DNA from: the human T2T-CHM13v2.0 reference genome, Homo sapiens
NCBI RefSeq assembly: GCF_009914755.1
Contig: NC_060925.1
Reading direction: 5' to 3' (one strand)
Length of the DNA stretch: 64,000 nucleotides
In this document: piece after piece, positions 1 to 13,355 of the stretch
Numbering within the stretch: the stretch's first letter is position 1
How the letters are laid out: each line of letters starts with the position of its first letter
The notes under the pieces: generated by a model
What the model saw: the letters and a program-made list of their open reading frames with translations, nothing else
Databases searched by the model: none
Told to the model about the DNA's origin: nothing
Made by a program: the position numbers and the translations under genes

Positions 1-339
1 TACTTCACAAGGAGGTATATGTCAGGAGTAGAGTACAGGCTGGTTCATAGAAAAGAATGAATAAAGAGAATATTCATAAAATTAGTTGGTACCCAGATTC
101 CTCAATGAAAACTGAATTAGTCTCCTTTTCCGCCTGCCTCATCTAATCAAGCAGCCATCATTTTTTAAATTTCATTTCCTCTTTATTTAAATTCAAAATT
201 GTGGATCTATTTTTAATATTGTTTTATCTTGTCCTTTCTAAACAAATTGGTAATCCTACCATACCTACTTTTACCAAAAGAAACATTTCTAATTTCTTTT
301 CTCTCCCCATTGCTACTTTCTCCATCACTTATAATCAAG

Positions 340-617
340 TCAGCATTTTCAGAAGTATTCTGAGGAACACTGCACTTTTAGAGTCTCTTCAAAGAAATGA
401 GGGCTTCCTATGATTAAATATATTTTAGAAATGCCACACGCCTTGCCCCATTTTAGAGATTTAACATACTCATTAGCAGAGATATCTTCCAATAAAGAAA
501 CCTCTTTGACTTGTTTAATCCAAAATTCCCAGTCTTATCTCAACATAGCAACTTAAAAAAAAACCTCTTATAACCTCTAGAAACTAGTGTTTTGTGAAAT
601 ACACTTTGAGAAACGCT
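340..617. mobile_element. MER103-like hAT-Charlie DNA transposon relic
   Basis: Termini cagcattttc... and ...acactttgagaaacgct; internal aataaagaaacctctttgacttgtttaatccaaaattccc matches recalled MER103C consensus. Confidence 0.65.
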
Positions 618-1074
618 TTTCCAAGATATTTTAATCAGTTTTTAACTATCATGGCCTCAAAGGCAGTCATGCCAAATTAATCAATACCTTTTGTGACATA
701 AGTGCTATGTTTAAAAACATTCCATGCATCTTCACTGCCTCTTGGACAAAAATCAGTTCAAACTACTCAGGGCAATATTTAAAGTCAAGTGCTATCTTTA
801 CCAGCCTTTTTTTTCTAGAGAAAAAATTCTACTGTTTCCCCAAAGAAAGTCTTCTTCATATTAAACCAAAGTTAAATATGTTCTCTCACTCCTACAAAGG
901 ACAATTAATCTAAGTTCTCTAAGCCTCAGTTTCCTTAAATCCTACTTCATAACTGAAATGACATAGCAAGCATTTCCTGACTCATACTCCCTTATCTGAG
1001 CTCTGAAGTGCATTAACTGCTGTGAATTTATTCTACCCTGTCTTTATGTTTTGTTTTGTTCATTAGGCTCAGAG

Positions 1075-1290
1075 TAAATATAATGTAGTGATTAAGAACC
1101 TGGGGTCCATATCTAAGCCAAGATCACTTAATAGACATGTGATTTAAAGCTAATTACTTATTCTCTATGTTCCTCTTTCCCTCATATGTAAAATTCAAAT
1201 AAATAACTGGTTGGCAGGATTTTTACAAGTACTAAGTGAGAGTATATATGGTAATAGAGGTTTTTAATATGTAGCTATTATGATTAATAT
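1075..1290 (+). mobile_element. MIR SINE, degraded
   Basis: tgtagtgattaaga start; core ttactta..ctctatg..cctc.tttccctcatatgtaaaat; tail agctattatgatt. Confidence 0.6.
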
Positions 1291-1454
1291 TAGAGTGCAA
1301 ATTCCTTTATATCAGTATCCAGTTATTATGTTTATTTGTAGTGTCCCCATTTTACATACAAGAATTTTGCCTATGGGAAGTACTGATGAAATAATTTATG
1401 AAATCAAAATAGACTTTCAAGGGGCCATAGGGGCCATAGAACTTAGAATGTTTA

Positions 1455-1560
1455 TTTTATAAATTGAACATGTAATTTACTTACCTAGTATCACATAACT
1501 GGTCGGTAGTACATCCAGGAGTATGCATCTGGGTCAAGACCTATAAGATCCAGCTTTTAA
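1455..1560 (-). mobile_element. MIR fragment
   Basis: taatttacttacctagtatcacataactggt resembles the antisense MIR core. Confidence 0.45.
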
Positions 1561-1644
1561 TTGATTTTACACAGAAAAAAAAAAAACTGGCAAGCTACAG
1601 CTGCCTGAATAGTTTATTTCAAAGAAAGCACCATTCATGAAGTA

Positions 1645-2071
1645 TATGATGAAATGCAACAATGGTCCCCAAATTTTTCTCCTTCTGGTGTCCACATTCC
1701 TTTACTGTATAACATTGTGTGGTCTCCCGTACTCACCTATGCCTTGACCATACGACTTGCTTTTAACACTTGTGAATGGCATTTTTCCTCTTTTCAAGCT
1801 CTTGCAACTCCCTGAGAAACATGTAAAAATGTTCAGACTAGGCTTTTGAGATATGAGAGACTGCAAAAAGCAGACATGAGATGCCTCAGACCCTCAGACC
1901 AACCAGCCCCAAGCCAACATGTCAACTGACCACAGGCTGGTGAGTGAGTCAAGTCAAGTTTAGCAGAAGTCTTCATCATCTGAGTCCAGCCCAAATTTCA
2001 GAACCACAGAATCGTGAGGTAAATAAAAGGTGGTTTTAAGCTACTAAGTTTTTGGGTGGTGTATTACACAG
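1645..2071 (+). mobile_element. MLT1 (G/H-type) MaLR LTR
   Basis: 3' motif gagtccagcccaaattt..cacagaatcgtgag.taaataaa..ggttttaagctactaagtttt.gggtggt; start approximate. Confidence 0.7.
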
Positions 2072-2614
2072 AAAAAAAAATGAACCAATAAAATTAATTT
2101 GTAGATTCATTATTAATTAAATGTTATATGAAAAAAGGCAGATATTAAGCCCCCTCACTTCATGTGTCCCCTCATGCACAAGAAGACAGTACTTACTTTC
2201 CTCTAAACAAAACAATTATTCAATTAATAAGAAGTATCATAGACTCTGAAAGCATAAAAATTTTAATATGTTTGTCCTTAACACTTGTCAGTTCTGTAGC
2301 TGTTATGTCAGAATGACTTTTCTCTTTTGGAGGCTGGGTTTCTTTGTTGGTGTTCTTTGGTCACTGCTAGCTTTTCAGCTTAGCAATTGATCCTGGCACA
2401 TCCTATTCTTCGAAGGATGTATTCTGTGACATAAAATACACTTTTGACAATGCTCATGAACAAATAAAAGTGGTAATCAAAAGGCAACTAGAATATTTAA
2501 ATAAGATGATTATATGTTGTAACACTGTAGCTAGATGTCAAAGAAAAAAGTTAGCATTTTTCCCTCCCTATAAGTGATGTAAAATTTCTTACACCCACGT
2601 TATTGCCTAAAGTA

Positions 2615-2692
2615 ATAGGTTGGTGCAAAAGTAAATGCGGTTTTTGTCACTACTTTCAATGGCAAAACACAATTACTTTTGCATCAACAGAA
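2615..2692. mobile_element. MADE1 (Hsmar1-derived MITE)
   Basis: 78-bp near-palindrome taggttggtgcaaaagtaa...ttacttttgcatcaac flanked by TA at 2613-2614 and 2693-2694. Confidence 0.93.
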
Positions 2693-2895
2693 TAGCAGAA
2701 AACCATCACTAGTTTACACAGACATTAGATACACTTTCATAGTGTTCTTGGTAGCAGAGGCAAAGAAATTTGATATGGAACATATGGGTGATTATTTGAT
2801 TTTTCCATTTTACTAAGATGTCCATGAAATGCTGAGAAACACTTCATTGAAATTGGTGTGGTGTTGATAAATGTTTACCAGTATTTCTTAATTTC

Positions 2896-2948
2896 AGTAT
2901 TTAAATTATTCTTAAAGTACATATGTCACAAGTGGTGTGTAATCCATA
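2896..2948 (+). repeat. Copy 1 of 53-bp dispersed direct repeat
   Basis: 46/53 identical, ungapped, to 4138-4190. Confidence 0.9.
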
Positions 2949-4137
2949 TTTTGTATGTTGTTACAAACGCATATATATTTGGAAGATAAATATTTCTTTT
3001 TTTATTAACTTTAGACATTTTATTCTTTCTCCATAATATTCGTTAAACTATACATAAACATGTACAGTGATACTTTTCTAAGTAAACTTTTGTCTTATTA
3101 TACTATGGATCCAATGAAAGTACATCATTTATCTTTGATGGTGGGTGGAGTTTGTGAAGCCATGCTAAGAAGCTCTGTCAGCCCCGCAGCAGCTATAGCA
3201 TTGGATAATAGAGATTGATGCACCAAGATAGACAGAAAAATAAATAGGCAAAAATTTAAAGAGGGAGTAATTTTTAGCTTATAAGTAAGCAGTTGAAAAC
3301 AAAATATATGCATATACCAGAGATAAACTATACAACAGATTTCAATTATACAAGCAGTCATGATGTAGAAAGGTACAGTAACCAAAGCAAATGGGTAAAC
3401 AAACTTCAGAGAAGCATGGTGGGACCAAGCAATTCTCCAGTGAAGAACACTCAGGCCAGGTCAACAAATGAATATGTATGACATACTAGTGGCAAGATGG
3501 TGTTGATTCAGAGGCAACTGTTTGTCTATTTTAAAACTTGTATTTGATATTGCTTTAAATTATACGTTTCTTCAGGAATAGAACCTAATCTTCAAGTTGC
3601 AGCTATTATAGAATAATTATTGGATATGATCTTGTAAATTTGAGCTATATTTGGGCTTATGGAACAGAATATGAAATAGAAATAGAGAAGTAAATTAACA
3701 AGAATATTTTGTCAGCCAGTCAATACTTCTTTGTGAAGAGCCTATTACGTACAGGGTCATAACCTCATTGACTGTGGCAGAAGTCTATTGTAGACAATCT
3801 ATAACAGGACATGAATAAGTTAGACATAGTAATAAACTTTTAAACTTTTTTTTAGCTTTCACAGCTTATGTAGTTATTTTACATACTTAGCTCATTATTT
3901 CCCCATATATAATTATACACATTATATTGCTATTAATAAATTAATTTTTCTAGTTTTGTAGACCTATTCAATATTGACCACTAAACATTTTAATTAGTAT
4001 TTCTTTGTTCATAAATTGCATATGAACAACTATTAACCTTGTAACATTTTTTCACCATTTGTGGAAACCAAGAACCTAAATGCTAATAGATTCATTCTAC
4101 TCTCACAAGCTGAGAAAGGATTCTGAATGTAAAGTTG

Positions 4138-4190
4138 AGTATTTAAATTATTTTTGAAGTACATACGTCAGAAGTGGTACATAATCCATA
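4138..4190 (+). repeat. Copy 2 of 53-bp dispersed direct repeat
   Basis: 46/53 identical, ungapped, to 2896-2948. Confidence 0.9.
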
Positions 4191-4284
4191 ATGGACTAAG
4201 CATGTAAAATAACTACTATACAACATTATTTTACACCTCCCCTCTCAATCTCTCTCTCTGTTTCTATATATAAGCAATAAGCGT

Positions 4285-5165
4285 TCTTGGATAAACTTTA
4301 AAAAAATATATTTAGTCTTTGACCCTCGTTCTTGACACAGAGCTTCTAAGAACTTGTAATTTCCTAAATGATAGGAACATCTGACACAGAGCTGCTAAAT
4401 CTACTGGAATTTATTGGGCAATAGAAGCATCCTTTGTTCTAATGAAACAACTCATAGTGGGCTCCTGGATGGGGACTGGTCATCAGAAAGACCAACCCAG
4501 GATTAGAAGCTTGGAAATTTTAGCCCCATTCCCCATTCTCTGAAGAGGGGAGAGGGGCTAGAAATCGAGTCAATTAATTATGTTTATGCAATTAAGCCTC
4601 TATACAAATTCCTGAACTGTAAGGTTTGGGGAGCTTCCAGGTTGGCAAATGCCAGGAGAGTGACATACTCCAACTCCACGAAGACAGAAGCTCCTACACT
4701 CAGGCTCCTTCCAGACCTCCTACTATGCCTCTATTCATTTGGCTGTTCAACTATAGTATTTATCATACCCTGTTAATACAATAAACATTAACATATGTGT
4801 TTTCTGAATTCTGTGAGCCATTCTGCCAAATTAATAGAACCTGAGGAGAGGGTCATGGGAACCGTGATTTATAGCTGGCAGTTAGAAGAATAGATAGCCA
4901 CCTACTACTTATGATTGGCATCTGAAGTGGGGGGCAATCTTGTAGAACTGAGCTTAACCTGTGGGATCGATCTGAATCTAATTTCAAGTAGTAGTGTCAG
5001 AATTGATTTGAATTATAGGATACCCAGTTAGCGTCTTCTGAAGAATTGCTTAGTGTGTGGCAAAAACTCCCTACCCATCTGCTATGAGAAGTGAAATGTT
5101 CTTTCTTGTACTGAATGTTGAGTGGTGTGTGAAAGCAAAAATATAAAAGTAAAAAATAAATCTCA
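4285..5165. mobile_element. MER21 family solo LTR
   Basis: Duplicated tgacacagagct..taa motif, ctggtcatcagaaagaccaa, ccaactccacgaagacagaagctcct and ttggcatctgaagtggggg match recalled MER21B/C; ends approximate. Confidence 0.8.
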
Positions 5166-6220
5166 TACAGTTATAAAGCCAAAAGAAGACAAGGGAAAGA
5201 AATTAAATCAAATTGATTCAATATTTGCTTCCCTATATTGACTGTAAGTCTTAAAAAAAGATATTTGGTTATGTCATCAGGATAGTACACTGGCAAACAC
5301 AAAGTTAAATAAAACCATATCAGATGGTAGAGAATGTAGTCAGCATGGTGATTGGTTAACCAGAACACTCTAATTCAAGGAAAATAATGAATCCCCACCT
5401 AGTATAAAAATTAATTTGAGGGGTACAGAATACATCAGAGCTATTTTAGTTTAGACTCATCTAAGTTCACTCACCTGAAATTTGAATGTCCTTATTTTTC
5501 CACTACAAAACTGAAGAGTTCTAATTGTAGGTCAAGGTTGATTGGTGGAAGACACTTGGCAGCTGTTGATGTAACTATAAAATCGAATTAAGCTTAGTTT
5601 TTTCATCTTGCTAATGATATATGTATGTGATGCCAAGTATTTAGCAATATTAGTTAATCAGGGAATCCATTGTGAATGATTAGAGATACATTACATATGT
5701 AATTGTAATGCACGCTCAAGGCTACCATTCCTTTTTTTTTCTAATGAGTTAATGTGTTTAAAGGGATGATGATGTTAAGCTACAGTTGTTTTAACTTTCA
5801 GAGAAAAGGGCTTTTAATTAATATAATCACAGACTCTCCTTGAAAATCTCATTATCTTTTATGGGGAACGAAGGAACTAGGTTTTGCCCTGCAATTAAAT
5901 TTTCAGTATAGTAATGACAAATGTGGTATAAGAAATAACCAGGTGGTCATGGAAAAAGGCTTTGTTTTATTATAGCTGATTCAAAATTTGTTCACATGGG
6001 AGGAACAGGAGATGCAGTAGAAAAACAAACTTCCTTATACATTATGGACAAGCTAGAATATGACATTCAAAAGAGTGATAATTTGACTGTTTTACCCAAA
6101 TAAACTACCATGAATGCCTAGAGAAAAAAAGAGAATATTTTAGCTTCTTGTGCTCAATTCAAATAGGTAAAGACTGCATTACTCTGTAAATTGAATTGCA
6201 TCTGAGATATAAAGCTGGGG

Positions 6221-6542
6221 TTTTGGTTTTGTTTCATTTTGTTTGTTTGTTTTAGAGGCAGAGTCTTACTCTGTCACCCAGGCTGGAAGGCGGTGGTGCC
6301 ATCATTAGTTCACTGCAGCCTTGAACTCCTGGGCTTAAGTGATCCTTCCTACCTCAGCCTCCTGAGTAGCTGGGACTACAGGTGTGTGCCACCATGACCG
6401 GCTGACTTTTCATTTGTTTTTTTGTAGAGACGAGATCTCACCTTGTTGCCTAGGCTGGTCACCAACTCCCGGGGTCAAGCGATCCTCCTGCTTTGGCCTC
6501 CCAGAGCGCTGGTATCACAGGCATAAGCCACAGTGCCTGGCC
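6221..6542 (-). mobile_element. AluJ
   Basis: Full antisense dimer with J-type cactgcagccttgaactcctgggc; degenerate TSD tataaagctg/tataaaactg. Confidence 0.93.
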
Positions 6543-7423
6543 TATAAAACTGTTTTAGCAAAATAACTAAGCTTTTTAAAATTTTCTATATCGTCAGTAA
6601 ATCAGGTCATAGATATCTGTCAAGGTCTGACTTGCATTTATTCTAGTCTGCTAATGTCAAACTTGTGAGATTTTTTTTTATCTTTGTGATTACCTTTCAA
6701 CGATCCTTTGCTGTAGAAAAGCTATCTGAAAAAAATAGAAATAAACATTATCTATCTTGTCTGAACAAGTGATTATTAATTAAGCAAAATGATATTTAAA
6801 GCTGCTTTATAAATGATATGTCAAAGCCTTTGTATGGAAGGTAGATCTTATTTTCACAATGACCTTTCATTGAATTTTGATGCTACTTTTGTCAGAAAAG
6901 GACGCACCAGGAGAATATTTTATCTTCATTACTTGTCTTCATTACCATCATCATGACAATCATCTAAAGCATTTTTCATCATCATGGTCTAAAAGCATTT
7001 ATACTCATTGCTCATCAGTATATATGGTTTAAGCATTGTTATAAAAACATAATAAAGTTGTTATTTCACTATCATCCATTCTAAGAGTTGAAATTCACAT
7101 TTGGCTTCAAAGCGTAGTAAATTCAGATAATAATCTTGAAAGGAAGCTGGAGAACAAAATATTAGATATTAATATATACAAAATATGTTTTCACTCAGGC
7201 AATTTACCTGTTCATATAGGTATGAATAAAATCAGTATTTCTACATTTTAATAATAACAGTCAGAGGAAACAATGTATTCTATCAAAGTTTTAACATTTC
7301 TGGAAGTATGATTCATGTAATTGATAATTGTATCTAATCTAATTTCTGCCTGAAAAGTTATGTAGAAAATCATTGGTGATTTTATTTTTATAATTGTTTT
7401 ATATTTTACAAGGTATACAATAA

Positions 7424-7693
<270 letters not shown>

Positions 7694-8465
7694 TAGTTTA
7701 ACTGAAAATTCCAATAAAGTGATAAAATTTAGGACTTCTATACCTGAGAAAGCAAATATATTTGGCTTAATATGGTAATTATAGATGTATTACTCATATG
7801 CCTAAATGATATAAACAAGCCAGGCAAATATGGGTTATATAGGGATACCAAGTTCTTTTTCTTTTTCCGTAAAGGCAATGATGCCAAAGGATAGCAAATA
7901 TTATTCACTGTATCTATTAACTGGAGCCCAGAGTGGACTTAGAAAACCATGAATTCCCAGGGATGCAAAAAAGCAGGATGGTCATTCTCTGTCATATTGA
8001 GCTCACTTCCTGGGAAGTATTTACATGATTGGAGGGATTTTTCATCATTCCTATAAGTGATAAAATCCTGCCTCACAATAGGAAGCCAGGATCTCAGAAA
8101 CTATGGGAATTTGAAAGGTTAAGATCCACTCAGTTAATAAGCAAACAGAATGCCTCAATTATTTTTACTTTAGAAATTCAAGTTGGACAAGTTTTATAAC
8201 AGCAACAAATTGTTAAATATTACTATATAGTTTGAAATTAAGAAGAAAAAATTGTGAGCTGAATAAGAGTTCTCAGAGGCATGAAGAGCCGACTCAGTGA
8301 AGCATTGAACAATGAGATACTAATTAACATAGCTAGATAAACATTTAAAATTTAAAATTTAAAATTGTTTTCTGATACAATATTTAATAAAATACATTAT
8401 TCTTATAGCATTAGTCATCTTGAAAGGCACTTGGGTATTCTTATTTTTTATTCTAACATGAATAT

Positions 8466-8843
8466 ATTATTAGATAGCTAGACATGAGCAGGAGGGAAAG
8501 CACCTGAAAAAAGGAGGTCTGTAAATCTCACACCCCACAGACCATCCAAAACGTGCATGCTAGATATGACCAGAGAAAGGGGGACGTACCTATGCAGAAA
8601 GAAACGCCCCGTAAGATGCGCTAGTAACTATTCACTTGGTAGTCAAACTAACAGAATGTAGCCAGCTCACGCTGATAAGAAGAGAAGAGGACAAAGGAGA
8701 AATTCCTAAGAGATACACAGGTGCACTAAGTATAGATTTGAGCACTATTCAACCTTCCTGTGGTGGCAGTAATTAGCAATGTAGCCATTAGACAGAATTC
8801 ATATCCATTAGAATTCATATCCATTAGACAGAATTCATATCCA
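8466..8843 (+). mobile_element. MER50 ERV1 LTR, 5' part (split by L1PB)
   Basis: agatagctagacatgagcaggaggg, tgcatgctagatatga and ggagaaattcctaagagatac match recalled MER50; continues at 10693. Confidence 0.78.
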
Positions 8844-9329
8844 GTTTCATTCTCCTACATGTGGCTAGCCAATTACCTCAGCAACATTTGTTGAAAAGGG
8901 TGTCCTTTCCCCATTTTATGTTTTTGTTTGCTTTGTCGAAGATCAGCTGGGTGTAAGCATTTGGGTTTATTTCTGGGTTCTCTATTACATTACATTGGTC
9001 TATGTGCCTATTCTTATACCAGTACAATGCTACTTTGGTGACTATGGCCTTATAGTTTGAAATCAAGTAATGTGATACCTCCAGATTTGTTATTTTTGCT
9101 TAGTCTTGCTTTGGCTATATAGGCTCTTTTTTGGTTCCATATGAATTTTAGAAATTTTTTTTTAATTCTGTGAAGAATGATGGTGGTATTTTGATGGGTA
9201 TTGCATTGAATTTGTAGATTGCTTTTGGCAGTATGGTCATTTTCACAATATTGATTTTATCCATCTATGAGTATGGGATGTGTTTCCACTTGTTTGTGTC
9301 GTCTATGATTTCTTTCAGCAGTCTTTTGT
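8844..9329 (-). mobile_element. L1PB1-like element, inverted 5' segment (ORF2 relic)
   Basis: Antisense ORF2 ([20 protein letters not shown]...); starts directly after the TSD with ATCCA microhomology. Confidence 0.92.
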
Positions 9330-10692
9330 GAAGCTGAATCCTCATCTCTCACCTTATGCAACAGACAACTCAATGGATCAAGGATTTAAATCTAAGACCT
9401 GAAACTATAAATATTCTGGAAGATAACATTGGAAAAACCCTTCTAAACATTGGCATAGGCAAGGATTTCATGACCAAGAACCCAAAAGCAAATGCAATTA
9501 AAACAAAGATAAATAGCTGGGACTTAATTCAGCTAAACAGCTTTTGCATGGCAAAAGGAACAGTCAGCAGAGTAAATAGATAATCAACAGAGTGGGAGAA
9601 AATCTTCACAATCTATACATCCAACAAAGGACTAATATCTAGAATCTACAACGAACTCAAGCAAATCAGTAAGAAGGAAACAAACAATTCCATCAAAAAG
9701 TGGGCTAAGGACATGAATAGACAATTCTCAAAAGAAGATACACAAATGGCCAACAAACATATGAAAAAATGCTCAACATCACTGATGTCAGGGAAATGCA
9801 AATCAAAACCACAATGGGATACCACCTTACTCCTGCCAGAATGGCTATAATCAAAAAAATAAAAAAATAATAGATGTTGGCATGGATGTGGTGATCAGGG
9901 AACACTTCCACACTACTGGTGAGAATGTAAATTAGTACAGACACTATGGAAAACAGTGTGGTTATTCTGCACAACAGTGTGGAGATTCCTTAAAGATCTA
10001 AAAGTAAAACTACCATTTGACCCAGCAATCCCACTACTGGGTATCTTCCCAGAGGAAAAGAAGTCATTATACAGAAAAACATATTTACACATGCATGTTT
10101 ATAGCAGCACAGTTTGCAAATGCAAAATCATGGAACCAACCCAAATGCTCATCAATCAATGAGTGGATAAGAAATATGCAATATATATACATATATATCA
10201 TATATATCATATATGTATATATATCACAGGTTTCTTATATATATCATATATATCACATACATATGATATATATGATATATCATATATGTCACATATATTA
10301 TATATATATCATATATATGATATATATGTATCATATACACACACACACAATGGAATATTATTCAGCCTTAAAAAGGAATGAATTAACAGCATTTGCAGCG
10401 ACCTGGATTAGATTGGAGACTATTATTCTTAGTGAAGTAACTCAGGAATGGAAAGCCAAACACTGTATGTTCTCACTCATATGTGGGAGCTAAGCTATGA
10501 GGATGCAAAGGCCTAAGAATGATACAGTGGAATTCGGGGACTTGGGGGAAAGGTCGGGGGGATAAAAGACTACAAGTAGTGTGCAGTGTATACTGCTCGG
10601 GTGATGGGTGCACCAAATCTCACAAAGCACCACTAAAGAACTTACTCATATAACCAATACCACCTGTACCCCAATAGCCTATGGAAAAAAAA
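9330..10692 (+). mobile_element. L1PB1-like element, sense 3' segment with 3'UTR and A tail
   Basis: ORF2 C-terminal relics; 3' end gggtgatgggtgcaccaaatctcac...cccaatagcctatggaaaa; TSD agacagaattcatatcca (8826-8843) / agatagaattcatattca (10692-10709). Confidence 0.93.
10180..10348. repeat. (TA)/(CATATAT)-type microsatellite inside L1PB
   Basis: Directly visible low-complexity tract. Confidence 0.95.
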
Positions 10693-11142
10693 GATAGAAT
10701 TCATATTCAACACTGTACCCACACGTGCACATCAACTGACTTTAAGGGAGAATCTCAGAACCCTAGGGTAGGAACTAGGTAAGGGAAAAGGTGGAGACTT
10801 AAGGCAGGAGAGGGAAAACTAGACAAATAAAAAAGGCAGTCATTTAAGACAGAGGCGGAAACTTCAAGAAAAAATCTGACATCATAAAAACCCAATGCAG
10901 AACTCTCAGAGCTGCTGCTGGCTCATTTCAGCAGCCCACCCTGCCTCATCTCTCAGAATGTACTATCTCTCCAAATAAGCTTTTTACTCCTTATTTCTTT
11001 TCAATAAAACTCTCTCTCAGAGCTGTTGCTGGCTCATGTCAGCAGCCCACCCTGCCTCATTTCAGCAGCCCACCCTGTCTCATCCTTGCCTTTCCATCCA
11101 AATAAGCTTTTTAATCTTATTTTCTTTTCAATAAGCCTCTCT
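10693..11142 (+). mobile_element. MER50 LTR, 3' part with internal tandem duplication
   Basis: Resumes gaattcatattcaacac..gcacatcaactgac..aagggagaatc; unit starting ctctcagagctg at 10903 and again at 11014. Confidence 0.75.
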
Positions 11143-12021
11143 ATTTCATATTTATTCATAGTTGTTTTAAATTCCTGGTCTGATAATTCCAACATCCCTG
11201 CCATATCTGATTCTGTTTTTGATGTTTGCTCTGTTTTCAAACTGTTTTTTATTTTGATTTTGCTTTTTAGTATTGCTTGTAAATTTTTTTAACAGTTTGA
11301 CATGATTTATTGGGTTAAAGGAATTGCTATCAGTAGATCTTTAATAACGTGGTAGTAAGATGTGATAGATGTGGAGAGAGGAGAAACATTTTACAATTCT
11401 ATGAATAGTTCTCAGTTTTATTGAGCCTATACCAACGGACTGTGAACTTCACATGTAAATCTCATTTTTTTCTCCCTTCAATGGGACAAGATAGCTAGAG
11501 TGGGCTGGATTTGGATATTTCCTTTTCTCCACATGCTAGAGACAAGTGGAGTTGAATATTTTCTTTCCCTTCATGTTAGACTTTGATAAAACCTCAGCAG
11601 TTTAGGGTCTGGTTAAATAGCTTCTACTGAGGTCAGACCTTGTTAAGAAAAACAGAATGCTCTGGCATGTTTCAAAATGATTTTTTTTCTTCTCCCCTTC
11701 TAGAAGCAGCAGGGGATATTTTTTCAATATGAATTGTGAGAATCTGGTCTGTTGATAAGACTCACAAAAGTATGGAGCTTCAAAATATCTGGGTCACCTT
11801 TGAATTTTTAATCTCTCAGGTTTGTTTTTGCTAAGCCTCCAGCAATTAATCCATCATAGTTCAGGTTTTCTTACCTCAATGTTGGTTCCCCGTGTTGCTT
11901 TTGCTTGTGGGTTTCCGCTCCAGCAAGCTGCAGTTCTCTGCGTTCACCTGTTGGGCTCTCCAATATTAGGAGCAGCAGATAGCTCTGTGACTCCACCTTT
12001 TTGTTGGATCTAAGAAGAGTT

Positions 12022-12679
<658 letters not shown>

Positions 12680-13091
12680 TGAGTTGTTAATTTTTAAGTG
12701 GTTTGTCATTTTACTTGATGTAAAGATGGAGTGGTGACTTCTAGCTTTTTACATGCCAGACAGGAAATTGGAAGAGCACCATGCAAAAATTTTAAAACTT
12801 GAATTAGTGATACACTGGTAGTCTACCTCCTTTTTTAATACACTACCCTTTTCTTGATTAGCTTAATCATGGAGCCATTATGATCAGATGTACAATCTCC
12901 ATCACATATACTCAACACCAACTATAATATTTGCAGTTAATATTTGTCTGTCCACTGAATAATTCAAATAATTTTACATAAAAGAAATCTAATGAAAATA
13001 AAACTAAATGTTGGGAAACTACATAGATATGTGAGTAAATTTTGCTAAATCATGATGCCAATAATGTCAAGTCATAGATTTCACCTAGGAA

Positions 13092-13094
13092 GTG

Positions 13095-13132
<38 letters not shown>

Positions 13133-13355
13133 TATATATACACATATATACATATATACACACATATATATACACGTATATATACGTATATATATACACG
13201 TATATATATACGTATATATATACACGTATATATATATACGTATATATATACATATATATACATATATACACATATATATACATATATACATATATACACA
13301 TATATACATATATATACATATATACACATATATATATACACATATATATATATGC
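13092..13355. repeat. Compound (TA)/(CA)/(CG) alternating purine-pyrimidine microsatellite
   Basis: 264 bp of uninterrupted R/Y alternation. Confidence 0.97.

Noticed and set aside
8785-8843. Short repeats as a CRISPR-like array
   Set aside because: No unique spacers, eukaryotic context, and explained by target-site multiplication
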